Shown piece by piece: positions 1-9,623 of a DNA stretch of 64,000 bases. Position numbers and translations under genes: made by a program. Origin of the DNA: Thermoplasmata archaeon. Lineage in GTDB: Archaea > Thermoplasmatota > Thermoplasmata > Thermoplasmatales > GCA-001856825. The number at the start of each line of letters is the position of its first letter. Within the stretch, counting starts at the first letter, position 1. The notes beneath the pieces were generated by a model. The model saw only the letters and a program-made list of their open reading frames with translations, did not search any database and had not been told where the DNA came from. Location of the stretch: NCBI GenBank assembly GCA_021792255.1, contig JAJYUZ010000001.1, positions 288,001-352,000 of the forward strand, read 5' to 3'.

Positions 1-3000
1 AGTGCAGAGGAAGTTAGAGCGTTAACTACATTGACCGTAATCGGTGAAGAGGTGCCGGTAATGCCAGTATTGTCGACCTCAGTCGCAACGACTACGAAAT
101 GCCACTCCCCTATTGTAGTAAGGCTACCCGTTCCGACCTTCTCTGGGAAGGTACTGAATTGAGTCGTTGTAGCTATAACAGAGAATGTCGTTGATCCCGG
201 AGCCTCAGCCTTTAGCTGCGCGGTGTAGGGTCCTGTTCCAGTTATGCTAGTGATGCTAATGTTGGTAGAAGTACCGCTATCCATAGTAGCCGCTGCCGAG
301 ATCGTGACGTTCAAGGAAGAATAGACTATGATAGGTTGAGAGTTCACAGAAATAGTGGCGACAGCGAAACCGCTGGCCCCCAATGAATCATTTACGTACA
401 GTTTGATTGTGAAGTTCCCGGTGTTCGTGAAATTGAACAGATTCCCGACGTGTGTTATTCCAGAACCACTAGGATACCCCCATCCGTATGTCGTGGGAGC
501 AGTCCCACCAGTACTCGAGTTGCTGAATGTCACGGAAGCACCTACGTCGATAGTGGCGGATGAGGGGGTGATCGTAACGGAAGGCAAGGTGTTTACGGTG
601 ATCGTCTTGGTAATGCTCGCCGTTTCACCTGCGGAGTCTTTTACCGTGGCGGTTACCGAGTAAATGCCGGCCTTTGTGAACGTGACCTTGTTCCCGGAAG
701 TTGAGTAATATCCGGAAGCTGAGCCAGAAGGGTAGAGAGTGACTGTCCAGCTGTACGAGTATGGAGGTACTCCGGCTCCAGAGGAGACAGTGACAGAGAT
801 CGCGAAGCCAACATCGGTCGTGGCTGGAGTAACAGTCAGTGACGAAGACGTCAGACTGCTTACGACCGTAACGGTGACCGAGGTTGTGGAACTGACGGTT
901 CCGGTCGAGTCGACCACCGTCACATAATATGTTGTGGTAGACGTCAGAGCGGGAGTCTTAAAAGGATTACCGCTGTAGAGAAGATTGGTCAACGCCGAAT
1001 TGGAATACCACTTGAAGGCGTAACCCACTCCCGTTCCTCCAGAGGCTGTGGCAGTAAGAGTCGCTGAAGATCCGCTGCCAACGGTCGTAGAGAGCACAGT
1101 CACCTTTGGATCAGAGTTTACGACGACCGAGGCCGAATTAGATTTCGCGGTGGAGAGTGGAGATGCACCAGAAGTTACTCCAGCATCGGTGAACACGAAG
1201 TAGTATGAGCCGTTGGATTGAGGATTGAAGGCATACGAAGCCACCTTGCCGGTACCTGACGTGACCAGGGAATTCGAAGAAGTATAGAGGGACCACGAGA
1301 AAGTTCCCGTACCTCCGTTCACAGTAGACGAAAGGGTCACTGACTGGCCTGCATCAACAATCGTTGATGTAGGTTGGACAGACACGGATAAGGAAGGATC
1401 TACGACCACGGACACAGTCGTGGAAAAGACGTACTGAGTGCTGTTGTCTGTCACATTGAGATATATCTTATATGCTCTAGCGGAGCTCCCCGCAAAGGAA
1501 TAACTTTTCTCCTTTCCGACGATCGCCGAGCTCCCTCCAATCGACCAGGAATAGGAGAAGGAGCCTGAGCCCCCACTGATGGAAGAGGTCAGGGATATGG
1601 TCTGACCAACATCTATCTGTGAGGAAGACGGTGTGATAGTAACGGTGGGTTGAGTGTTTACAGTTATGGTTGCCTGATTGGAAGTAGCGGTCGCAGCAGG
1701 AGTAGCACCCAAGGTTACTCCCGTGTCTGTGAAGACGAAGTAGTAGGATGTTGTAGTGGTGGGGGAGAGTTGGTAGGATGCTGTTGCCCCTGCCCCTGAA
1801 GCTACCACAGAATTCGAGGATGTGAAGAGAGACCATGAGAACGTCCCAGTTCCACCAGAGACTGTGGATGTAAGGGTGACGGATTGACCGGAGTCAATAG
1901 TCGAGGAAGTCGGCTGCACAGAGATCGCAGGAGCAGCATATACCGTGACTCTCGCTGTCGTAGAGAACACAAACGCTGAATAAGTCCCAGTATCGGTCAC
2001 GTTCAACCAGACCACATAGGTACCGGATGTGGCTTCCGAGAAAGAGACGGAGGTGGCGGTATTTACTATATTCATTGGATTGCCATTTACAGACCACGAA
2101 TAAATGAACTGAGCGGTTCCGCCAGAAACTGAAGAAGTAAGTGTAATAGATTGGCCAGAATCTATACTTGATATCGAAGGAGAAATGGTGACTGTCGGAA
2201 CAGAATCTACCGTGATTGATACCTCTGCCGGGGAAAGCTGATAATTTGGCGTTGTGCCAACATCTGTGACGTTGAGCCATACCACGAACGGACCCGCGGT
2301 AGTGCCATAGAATTTGTATGTGCTTCCGGTCCCGACTACCTTCGAGCTTCCGCCTATGCTCCAGAAGTATGAGAATTGTCCCGTTCCACCAGACGTAGAA
2401 GACGCCAGAGTTACGGACTGACCAGTGTCTAGCACAGCTGAAGATGGAGATACCGAGACCGTTGGGGCTAAAGTCACGGTGATGGTCGCAGAAGTAGAAG
2501 TTGCTGAAGCAACGGGAAAAGCCCCTGATGAAACACCGGTATCAATGAAGACGAAGTAGTAGGATGTTGTAGTGGCGGGGGAGAGTTGGTAGGACGCTGT
2601 TGCGCCAGTCCCTGAAGCTACCACGGAATTCGAGGATGTGAAGAGAGACCATGAGAACGTCCCAGTCCCACCAGAGACGGTGGATGTAAGGGTAACGGAT
2701 TGACCGGAATTTATTGACGTCGACTTGGGTTGAACGGAAATAGTGATCGCGGAATCGAGTGTCACTGACGCTTTAGAAGAGGTTGCAGTTAGGGACGGAG
2801 AGGCCCCTGAGGTCGTTCCAGTATCCGTGAACACTACATAGACTCCAGTATCCGCAGAAGAGAACGTCTGGGAAGCCGTAAGACCAGTGCCGGATGCTCC
2901 AGATATCTTACCAGAAGAATCGTACCACTGCCACGAAAACGAGCCAGTACCACCAACTGCTGTTGAGGTTATCGTGATGGACTGACCGGAGTCAATGGTC

Positions 3001-6000
3001 ACAGAGGATGGCTGAGAGGAGATAGAGGGAGCGGCGAAGACCGTGACGGTTATTGCCCCTGTCGTCGATGATTGTCCATCGCTTGAAGTGATTTGCAAGT
3101 AAAATAGATAGGTTCCCTTTCCGACCGGAGCGAAGAAGTGACTAATAGCAGTTCCCGAAGTGGCAGGACCGGATAGGCCAATCTTCGAACCGCCAGATGT
3201 ACCGTTAAGGTACCATTGATAAGAATACGGAAGTACCCCACCGCTTATGGTCGGGGTAACACTGAGGGATAAGCTCTGTCCAACGTCGAGAGATCCACTT
3301 CCAGAAGATGGGGTGTTTGTGACGAAAGTGACGCTCAGAGTCCCTGGATTTACCTGTACCGTCACGCTGACGGAAAGGGTGTATGGAGGCGTGGTGCCGA
3401 CATCGGTGACGTTTAGCCAGATTTTGTACGATCCAGTGGAAGACTCTGAAAAGGTGTAGGCGTTGGTCGTACTTACGACCGTTGTACTTCCACTTATCGT
3501 CCACGCATAAGTGTATTTACCACTACCGCCCGAAGTAGTCGAAGTGAAGGTCTGTGACTGCCCCAGAGTAAGGGTTGCTGAAGAGGGGCTCACGCTTGGC
3601 GACAATGGGGGATTGACGGAAACAGGTGCATTGCTTGAGGACAAGGTCGAAACGGGAGTCGCTCCAGAAGTGACTCCTGTGTCGGTGAAGACGAAGTAGT
3701 AGGATGTTGTAGTGGTGGGAGATAGCAAATATGATGCCTTTGATCCTGTCCCGGAAGCTACCAAAAAGTTTGAAGAGGTGTAGAGGGACCAGGAGTATGT
3801 TCCTGTTCCTCCAGTAACGGTGGATGTAAGAGTTATGGACTGACCCGAATCTATCGTTCCGGAAAGAGGCTGCACCGATATTGAAAGAGCAGAGTCCAGT
3901 GTTACTGTCACCACCGAGGATTTTACCATTGAAGAAGGTGTCGCAACTGAACTGGTTCCGGTATCTGTGAACACAACGTATATGCCGGTGTCTCCACTGC
4001 TAAACGTCGCAGTTGCGACCGACCCAGTTCCAGAGTCTCCCGTTATCGGCCCGCTAGAGTCGTACCACTGCCACGAATATTTCCCAGTTCCACCAGAGAC
4101 TGTGGAGGTCGGAGAAATGGATTGTCCGCTGTCTATTGTCGCAGAGGTTGGCTGACTGGAAATTGAAAGTGCCGATTCGACCGTTATCGTTACAGAAACT
4201 GGTGAGAAAGCGTAGTTGGGCGTCGTTCCAGTATCCGTGACGTTGAGCCACACTTTGTAAGTGTCCGGGGTCGCTAGCGAGAATGTGTATGAGGGACTCT
4301 GACCTACTACCGTCGAACTGCCGTTGATGCTCCAAGAATAAGCGAAGGATCCAGATCCTCCTGAGACCGTCGAAACCAATGCTACAGACTGGCCCGCATC
4401 TATTACTGCGGAAGACGGCGTCACGGTAACTGTTGGAGCACTGTTGACTGTAACTGTCGCGGAGTTTGACTTAGCAGTCGCAATCGGAGTCGCGCCAGAT
4501 GAAACCCCTGTGTCGGTGAATACGAAGTAGTAGGATGTTGTAGTGGCGGGGGAGAGTTGGTAGGACGCTGTTGCGCCAGTCCCTGACGCGACTCGGGTGT
4601 TTAGAGACGTGTAGAGGGACCACGAGAAAGTTCCCGTTCCACCAGAGACGGTGGATGTAAGGGTAACTGACTGACCGGAGTTGATAGTAAATGACGAAGG
4701 CTGCGTAGAAACAGTCAGGGAATTGTCGACTGTGACGGCCACATTTGAAGAACTCGCCGTTGCTGCGGGAGAGGCCCCTGAGGTCGTTCCAGTATCCGTG
4801 AACACTACATAGACTCCAGTATCCGCAGAAGAGAACGTCTGGGAAGCTGTAAGACCAGTGCCGGATGCTCCAGATATCTTACCAGAAGAATCGTACCACT
4901 GCCACGAAAACGAGCCAGTACCACCAACTGCTGTTGAGGTTATCGTGATGGACTGACCGGAGTCAATGGTCACAGAGGATGGCTGAGAGGAGATAGAGGG
5001 AGAGACATAGACGGTGAGGGATGCGGTAGAAGAGAAGGTATATGACGTAATGCTATCTGTAACCGTTAGAACCACTCTGTAGGTTCCACTCGTGGTTTGT
5101 GTAAACGAATAGGAAGACTTGGTTCCCAGAACGGTAGAACTACTTCCGATAGTCCAGGAATATGAGAATGAACCAGACCCCCCGTTTACTGATGATGTCA
5201 AGAGCAAGGATTGTGAGGTATCAACAATCGCTGATGATGGAGAGACAGTAACCGTCGGGACGGTGTATACTGTTATGGTTGCCTGATTGGAAGTAGCGGT
5301 CGCAGCAGGAGTAGCACCCAAGGTTACTCCCGTGTCTGTGAAGACGAAGTAGTAGGATGTTGTAGTGGTGGGGGAGAATTGATAGGATGCTGTAGCTCCT
5401 GTACCTGAATTAATAAGGGAGTTCGAAGAGGTATAGAGAGACCATGAGAAAGTTCCGGTCCCACCAGAGACGGTGGAAGTGAGCGTGATTGTCTGGCCCG
5501 CATCTATAGACCCCGAAGAAGGTTGAACAGAAATTGACAGCGATCCGTCGACCACAACGGAGACCGTGGAAGAGGCGACTGTAGCAGTCGGAGAGGCTCC
5601 CGAGGTGGTTCCAGTATCCGTGAACACTACATAGACTCCAGTATCCGCAGAAGAGAACGTCTGGGAAGCCGTAAGACCAGTGCCGGATGCTCCAGATATC
5701 TTACCAGAAGAATCGTACCACTGCCACGAAAATGGACCTGTCCCATCGACAGCTGTAGATGTGATCGTTATAGATTCACCCGAATCGATTGTAGCGGACT
5801 TAGGTTGAACAGACACGGACGGATAGACATTCACAGCGATCGGAACTTTTGCCGAAACGACAAGAGGCGAATAGGTACCGGTATCGGTGACGTTGAGCCA
5901 CACCGTATAAGTTCTGGCGGAAGATTCTGTGAAGGAGAAAGTGGATGAAGTTCCGACTACGCTGGGACTTCCTCCGATGGTCCAGGAGTATGAATAGAGA

Positions 6001-9000
6001 CCAGAACCTCCATTCACGGTCGCTGTTAGAAGCAAGCTCTGGGACAAGTCTATGGTGGCAGAAGCCGGAGAAACGCTGACGGTTGGAGAAGAGTCCACAG
6101 TTATTGTAATAGAAACCGGCGAAAGCGAATAATCAGGTGATGTGCCGGTGTCTGTGACGTTGAGCCACACTTTGTAGGTTCCAGCTGTATCTTCGGTGAA
6201 TGATAAGGTCGTTGCAGTCCCGACCACTACCTGACTACCACCGATCGTCCATGAATACGAAAATGAGCCAGATCCACCACTAACAGAAGACGACAGAACC
6301 AGCGACTGGGATGTATCGATCGTTGGAGAACTGGGTAAGAGCGAAACGATTGGTAATTGGTTTTCCTTTACTACAGCTCCATTCGTGGTGACACTTTGGC
6401 CAGATGAATCTTTGAAAACAACATAGTAAGTACCGTTTTGAGTGGGGGTGTAAGTCGAAGTTGCACCACTACCAGAACTACCGGAGATTGCAACTCCGCT
6501 CCCCGGTGACCCAGAGTACCATTGCCAAGTGTACGATCCGCTTCCGTACTCGACAGTTGTTGTTAGAGTTATGAATACCTGGCCGGGATCTATAGAATAT
6601 GACTGGGGTTGAACTTGAACTGTAAGGGGTGACACGACCGTTACCGTTAAAGAAGAACTGACTATGGAGCTAGCTGCGTCCTCAACGCTCAGTGTCACTA
6701 TATAATTGCCTGTTGATGTAAAGGTAAAGGTGTTGCCTGGGTTGCTGGATTGTGTCCATCCCGTGGATGGGGAAACCGAATAAGAGTATGTGTAAGGCTC
6801 AGTTCCTCCCTGAGTAATGTTTGTAAACGTTATGGAACTACCCGCGCCTACCTGAGTACCAACAGGAGAGGACAGCGAAACGGAGAGTTCAGGATTTACA
6901 GTAATTGTCACAGGAGCCGAGGTGGCGACCTTGGAAGTGCTGTCCGTGATCTCAAACTCAAATGCCCACGTTCCGGTAGTTGTGAGAATCCCCGTCGATA
7001 CCGATGCCGCCGAAAGATCGGTGGGGCTGATATAGAATTGATTGGTTAAGTTCAAAAATGAAGACGCTAAAGGAGGTTCTTCCAGCCATTGACCTTTGTA
7101 GGGCGTTATTCCTCCTCCAACTGAAGTCAGAATGAGAGTGGCGGACTGTCCGCTGTCTAGGGTAGTCAGTCCCGACACGGATATCGTCGCACTGAGCAGG
7201 GAATTGATAGTGACAGTCTCCGTCAGGGATGCTGTCACTCCGTTTGCATCAGTTACGGTAACTGTGACTGTGTAGGTACCTGGCGTGTTGAAAACTATCT
7301 GGTTCCCTGTTGTGCTGTAATCCCCAGGAGCGGGTTGGCCAGAAGAAGTCGTCACTGCCCATGAATAACTGAATGGCGCAACTCCATATCCCGACTCGAC
7401 GGTCGCATTAATCGGACTTCCGACTGTCGTGATCGTAGGAGAGATCGAAATTGCGGATGAAGTTAGTGGCTGTGACGGGTGAAGGACTATTATCTCAGCC
7501 GTCGCAACTATGGCAAGACCATCGTCGCCATCCTCATCGTTGTTTGGGGGGGTATTCCCAACGTGATTATTTACAAAGAGGTAAAGATAATAAATGCCGT
7601 AACTCGATGGAATGTAGGTGAAACTTGCACTTGGCTGCGAAGTAGAATTCACGCTGTTAAATGACCTGAATCCTTGCTGCCAGTGAGGGAAATTTGTCGT
7701 GACGTACCACACGTAGGTATACGGCGAAATTCCTCCAGTCCAGTTTGCATTAAAGTTCAAGATTTCACCGATGTTCGAGTCCACTGTAGTCGGGGTCAGG
7801 GTTACCTGACTCACGGTGGGTTCCGGGTTCTTCTTAGAATCCACCTGTGAGACTGCCATCACATAGGCCGCAGAACTAGTACTGTCGACAAACAAATAAA
7901 CGTAATATCTACCATTATCGGAAGGAACAAAACTGAAAGTCGCAGAGTTCTTGCTCGTGTAATTGTATGAGTTAAATTGCAAAATGTATGGAGTCTGAAT
8001 AGTGTCCTTATGTGTGACCATCCAAACATAGGAGTAGGGTGCTGTTCCCCCCGTCCAGTTGCCAGTGAAGATTATCGGGACTCCCGCTTCCGAGTTAGCG
8101 TTGACCGAACTTGGCGATATCGTAAGAGATGAGACTCCTGGTGTTCCCGGCATTAGTACTATCTGAGCGTACGCAACAAGTGAATCCTGCTGGTAGCTGG
8201 AGCCGGGGCCCGTCGACGGGGTGACATAGAGATATAGGTAGAATATTCCGTACGATCCATACTGGGGATTGAAAGTGAAACTCGTGGAAGTATCTGTAGT
8301 GACGTTGTAGTTGTCAATCTGGTTTTTGTCACCCTTGTAATATAACTTCCACTGATTCTGGTCGGTAGTCACGACCCACGCATAATTATAAACATTAGAG
8401 CTTCCCGTCCAGTTCCCGACAAACGTTATTGGGCGGCCTAGATACATTACGGTAGTCGAAGGGGCTAGTGTCACGTTTTGTAGAGAGTACTGATTGTTCT
8501 TGTCTTTGTGACTCTGAGGTTGTTGTTGGACTGAAATGACCGCGCCAGCGCTGAGCCCACTGCCAGAGGTAGATCCATTAACGGTTAGGCTTATGAGGTA
8601 TGTATTAGGATGGTCAGGAGTAAAGTTGAAGTCTGCCGAGTTTAAAGAGCTAGAGTTGTTATAATAACTGGCGTACACTCTATCGGAAGAGGTCTGAGTC
8701 ACATTCCAAACATAACTGTAGGGAGATTGTCCACCAGACCAGACCGCCTTGAGTTCGAGCGTTTGACCTACATATAAGTTGGAAGATGTGGGAGAGAGAG
8801 TGATAGAAGTAAGAGAGTAACTCTGAGTTACGTTAAACGTACTCCCTGAGCCGTGCGTGTCCATCGAGGTGGAATAATTTCTACCAACGGTAGCAGCAGA
8901 AAAACTAGAGAACTTCTCCAAAAGCGTGTTCGTCTGAGAAGATAAATTTCTTGATCCTAGAGAGGCACCGGAGGATTGACCTGCACCGGAAGAAGAACTG

Positions 9001-9257
9001 CTCAAATAACTTCCTGAGGCAGTTGCTGGGGCAGGCCAAGTCTTTACTACCTTCCCATTTTGTACATCCTCGAAATAACTAGAATTCTGACCTCCCACTG
9101 TCGTGGTAACGAGATAAATGTGACCGCCGCTCGAGCCTGACGAAGCTGCAGTGTTAGATGAGTAAAAGGCACTCGAAAATGACGTTGAAAGCATCAAGAA
9201 AACTACTGCTACGGCTATCCCTACCATGAATCCTTTTGCGAACTTTCTGGTTATCAA
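1..9257 (-). CDS. Giant Ser/Thr-rich cell-surface protein (>3,080 aa, 3' end outside window) made of tandem ~90-aa Ig/PKD-like modules
   Basis: Manual translation. TTG at 9257 (alternative ATG at 9227) gives LITRKFAKGFMVGIAVAVVFLMLSTSFSSA, a signal-peptide-like start. The same frame reads GEWHFVVVATEVDNTGITGTSSPITVNVVNALTSSA at the window start. Repeating modules look like SISSQPSSVTIDSGQSITITSTAVGGTGSFSWQWYDSSG...YVVFTDTG. It is absent from the ORF track, consistent with no stop before the edge. Confidence 0.92.
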   Translation of the reverse strand, partial: MITRKFAKGFMVGIAVAVVFLMLSTSFSSAFYSSNTAASSGSSGGHIYLVTTTVGGQNSSYFEDVQNGKVVKTWPAPATASGSYLSSSSSGAGQSSGASLGSRNLSSQTNTLLEKFSSFSAATVGRNYSTSMDTHGSGSTFNVTQSYSLTSITLSPTSSNLYVGQTLELKAVWSGGQSPYSYVWNVTQTSSDRVYASYYNNSSSLNSADFNFTPDHPNTYLISLTVNGSTSGSGLSAGAVISVQQQPQSHKDKNNQYSLQNVTLAPSTTVMYLGRPITFVGNWTGSSNVYNYAWVVTTDQNQWKLYYKGDKNQIDNYNVTTDTSTSFTFNPQYGSYGIFYLYLYVTPSTGPGSSYQQDSLVAYAQIVLMPGTPGVSSLTISPSSVNANSEAGVPIIFTGNWTGGTAPYSYVWMVTHKDTIQTPYILQFNSYNYTSKNSATFSFVPSDNGRYYVYLFVDSTSSAAYVMAVSQVDSKKNPEPTVSQVTLTPTTVDSNIGEILNFNANWTGGISPYTYVWYVTTNFPHWQQGFRSFNSVNSTSQPSASFTYIPSSYGIYYLYLFVNNHVGNTPPNNDEDGDDGLAIVATAEIIVLHPSQPLTSSAISISPTITTVGSPINATVESGYGVAPFSYSWAVTTSSGQPAPGDYSTTGNQIVFNTPGTYTVTVTVTDANGVTASLTETVTINSLLSATISVSGLTTLDSGQSATLILTSVGGGITPYKGQWLEEPPLASSFLNLTNQFYISPTDLSAASVSTGILTTTGTWAFEFEITDSTSKVATSAPVTITVNPELSVSLSSPVGTQVGAGSSITFTNITQGGTEPYTYSYSVSPSTGWTQSSNPGNTFTFTSTGNYIVTLSVEDAASSIVSSSLTVTVVSPLTVQVQPQSYSIDPGQVFITLTTTVEYGSGSYTWQWYSGSPGSGVAISGSSGSGATSTYTPTQNGTYYVVFKDSSGQSVTTNGAVVKENQLPIVSLLPSSPTIDTSQSLVLSSSVSGGSGSFSYSWTIGGSQVVVGTATTLSFTEDTAGTYKVWLNVTDTGTSPDYSLSPVSITITVDSSPTVSVSPASATIDLSQSLLLTATVNGGSGLYSYSWTIGGSPSVVGTSSTFSFTESSARTYTVWLNVTDTGTYSPLVVSAKVPIAVNVYPSVSVQPKSATIDSGESITITSTAVDGTGPFSWQWYDSSGKISGASGTGLTASQTFSSADTGVYVVFTDTGTTSGASPTATVASSTVSVVVDGSLSISVQPSSGSIDAGQTITLTSTVSGGTGTFSWSLYTSSNSLINSGTGATASYQFSPTTTTSYYFVFTDTGVTLGATPAATATSNQATITVYTVPTVTVSPSSAIVDTSQSLLLTSSVNGGSGSFSYSWTIGSSSTVLGTKSSYSFTQTTSGTYRVVLTVTDSITSYTFSSTASLTVYVSPSISSQPSSVTIDSGQSITITSTAVGGTGSFSWQWYDSSGKISGASGTGLTASQTFSSADTGVYVVFTDTGTTSGASPAATASSSNVAVTVDNSLTVSTQPSSFTINSGQSVTLTSTVSGGTGTFSWSLYTSLNTRVASGTGATASYQLSPATTTSYYFVFTDTGVSSGATPIATAKSNSATVTVNSAPTVTVTPSSAVIDAGQSVALVSTVSGGSGSFAYSWSINGSSTVVGQSPSYTFSLATPDTYKVWLNVTDTGTTPNYAFSPVSVTITVESALSISSQPTSATIDSGQSISPTSTVSGGTGKYSWQWYDSSGPITGDSGTGSVATATFSSGDTGIYVVFTDTGTSSVATPSSMVKSSVVTVTLDSALSISVQPLSGTIDSGQSITLTSTVTGGTGTYSWSLYTSSNFLVASGTGSKASYLLSPTTTTSYYFVFTDTGVTSGATPVSTLSSSNAPVSVNPPLSPSVSPSSATLTLGQSQTFTSTTSGGSGKYTYAWTISGSTTVVSTTNAYTFSESSTGSYKIWLNVTDVGTTPPYTLSVSVTVQVNPGTLSVTFVTNTPSSGSGSLDVGQSLSLSVTPTISGGVLPYSYQWYLNGTSGGSKIGLSGPATSGTAISHFFAPVGKGTYLFYLQITSSDGQSSTTGAITVTVFAAPSISSQPSSVTIDSGQSITITSTAVGGTGSFSWQWYDSSGKISGASGTGLTASQTFSSADTGVYVVFTDTGTTSGASPSLTATSSKASVTLDSAITISVQPKSTSINSGQSVTLTSTVSGGTGTFSWSLFTSSNSVVASGTGATASYQLSPATTTSYYFVFIDTGVSSGAFPVASATSTSATITVTLAPTVSVSPSSAVLDTGQSVTLASSTSGGTGQFSYFWSIGGSSKVVGTGSTYKFYGTTAGPFVVWLNVTDVGTTPNYQLSPAEVSITVDSVPTVTISPSISSIDSGQSITLTSSVSGGTAQFIYSWSVNGNPMNIVNTATSVSFSEATSGTYVVWLNVTDTGTYSAFVFSTTARVTVYAAPAISVQPTSSTIDSGQSVTLTSTVSGGTGTFSWSLFTSSNSVVASGAGATASYQLSPTTTTSYYFVFTDTGVTLGATPAATATSNQATITVNTQPTVTITPSSSQIDVGQTISLTSSISGGSGSFSYSWSIGGSSAIVGKEKSYSFAGSSARAYKIYLNVTDNSTQYVFSTTVSVVVDPSLSVSVQPTSTIVDAGQSVTLSSTVNGGTGTFSWSLYTSSNSLVTSGTGKVASYAFNPQSNGSYYFVFTDAGVTSGASPLSTAKSNSASVVVNSDPKVTVLSTTVGSGSSATLTATASGGTGVGYAFKWYSNSALTNLLYSGNPFKTPALTSTTTYYVTVVDSTGTVSSTTSVTVTVVSSLTSSSLTVTPATTDVGFAISVTVSSGAGVPPYSYSWTVTLYPSGSASGYYSTSGNKVTFTKAGIYSVTATVKDSAGETASITKTITVNTLPSVTITPSSATIDVGASVTFSNSSTGGTAPTTYGWGYPSGSGITHVGNLFNFTNTGNFTIKLYVNDSLGASGFAVATISVNSQPIIVYSSLNVTISAAATMDSGTSTNISITSITGTGPYTAQLKAEAPGSTTFSVIATTTQFSTFPEKVGTGSLTTIGEWHFVVVATEVDNTGITGTSSPITVNVVNALTSSA
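1663..1768. repeat. 106-bp direct repeat (partner 5272-5377) inside the giant surface gene
   Basis: gttatggttgcctgattggaagtagcggtcgcagcagg...gtggtgggggaga is identical at both positions by eye. Confidence 0.88.
2551..3031. repeat. Intragenic duplicated two-module block, copy 1 (partner 4522-5002; partial third copy 5608-5732)
   Basis: 2797-3031 matches 4768-5002 with one mismatch seen (gccgta/gctgta). 2551-2615 matches 4522-4586. Both are at a constant offset of 1971 nt. Confidence 0.9.
4522..5002. repeat. Intragenic duplicated two-module block, copy 2
   Basis: Direct repeat of 2551-3031 with patchy near-identity. Confidence 0.9.
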
Positions 9258-9623
9258 TCGCTTGCATAGTTCAAGAAGGTATAAAAACATTTATATTGAA
9301 TAAGGGAGATGTAAGTGTACTTAAATTTGTGTTTGAGCTCGTATTAGACGGGCTCTCTGGAATGAAGTGAATTATGCTTATTTAATAGCATTATTGACAA
9401 ACTGAAATTCCGTTCTAACTATCAAACTTTTTTTGGAAAAAATCAAATCGATTAGTGGAGCTTATTCGACAAAAGATGTACTGCAAGTAAAACTATTGTC
9501 AGTAATTGCTGTGCGCGGTGGACCGCTTCCTATCAGATTTGTAGACTCTGGAGAGAGTATATCTGCCAACCGGTTCTAACGTCTCTTGGCCAAACTTAAA
9601 TATTATACATGCTATCTACGAGC
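9258..9623. promoter_or_regulatory. Divergent promoter region for the two large surface-protein genes
   Basis: AT-rich intergenic region. Minus-strand TTTTTAT at 9287-9281 lies about 25 nt before TTG 9257. Plus-strand TTAAATA at 9596-9602 lies about 22 nt before GTG 9624. Confidence 0.55.

Noticed and set aside
1663-5732. Direct repeats considered as a CRISPR array or a DGR template/variable repeat
   Set aside because: The repeats are 65-235 bp, in frame and coding, with no spacer periodicity. Mismatches are not adenine-specific, and no reverse transcriptase or cas gene is in the window.
355-7664. Many short ORFs on both strands in the ORF track
   Set aside because: They are antisense or off-frame shadows of the giant minus-strand gene; its Ser/Thr/Val-rich codons leave other frames open.
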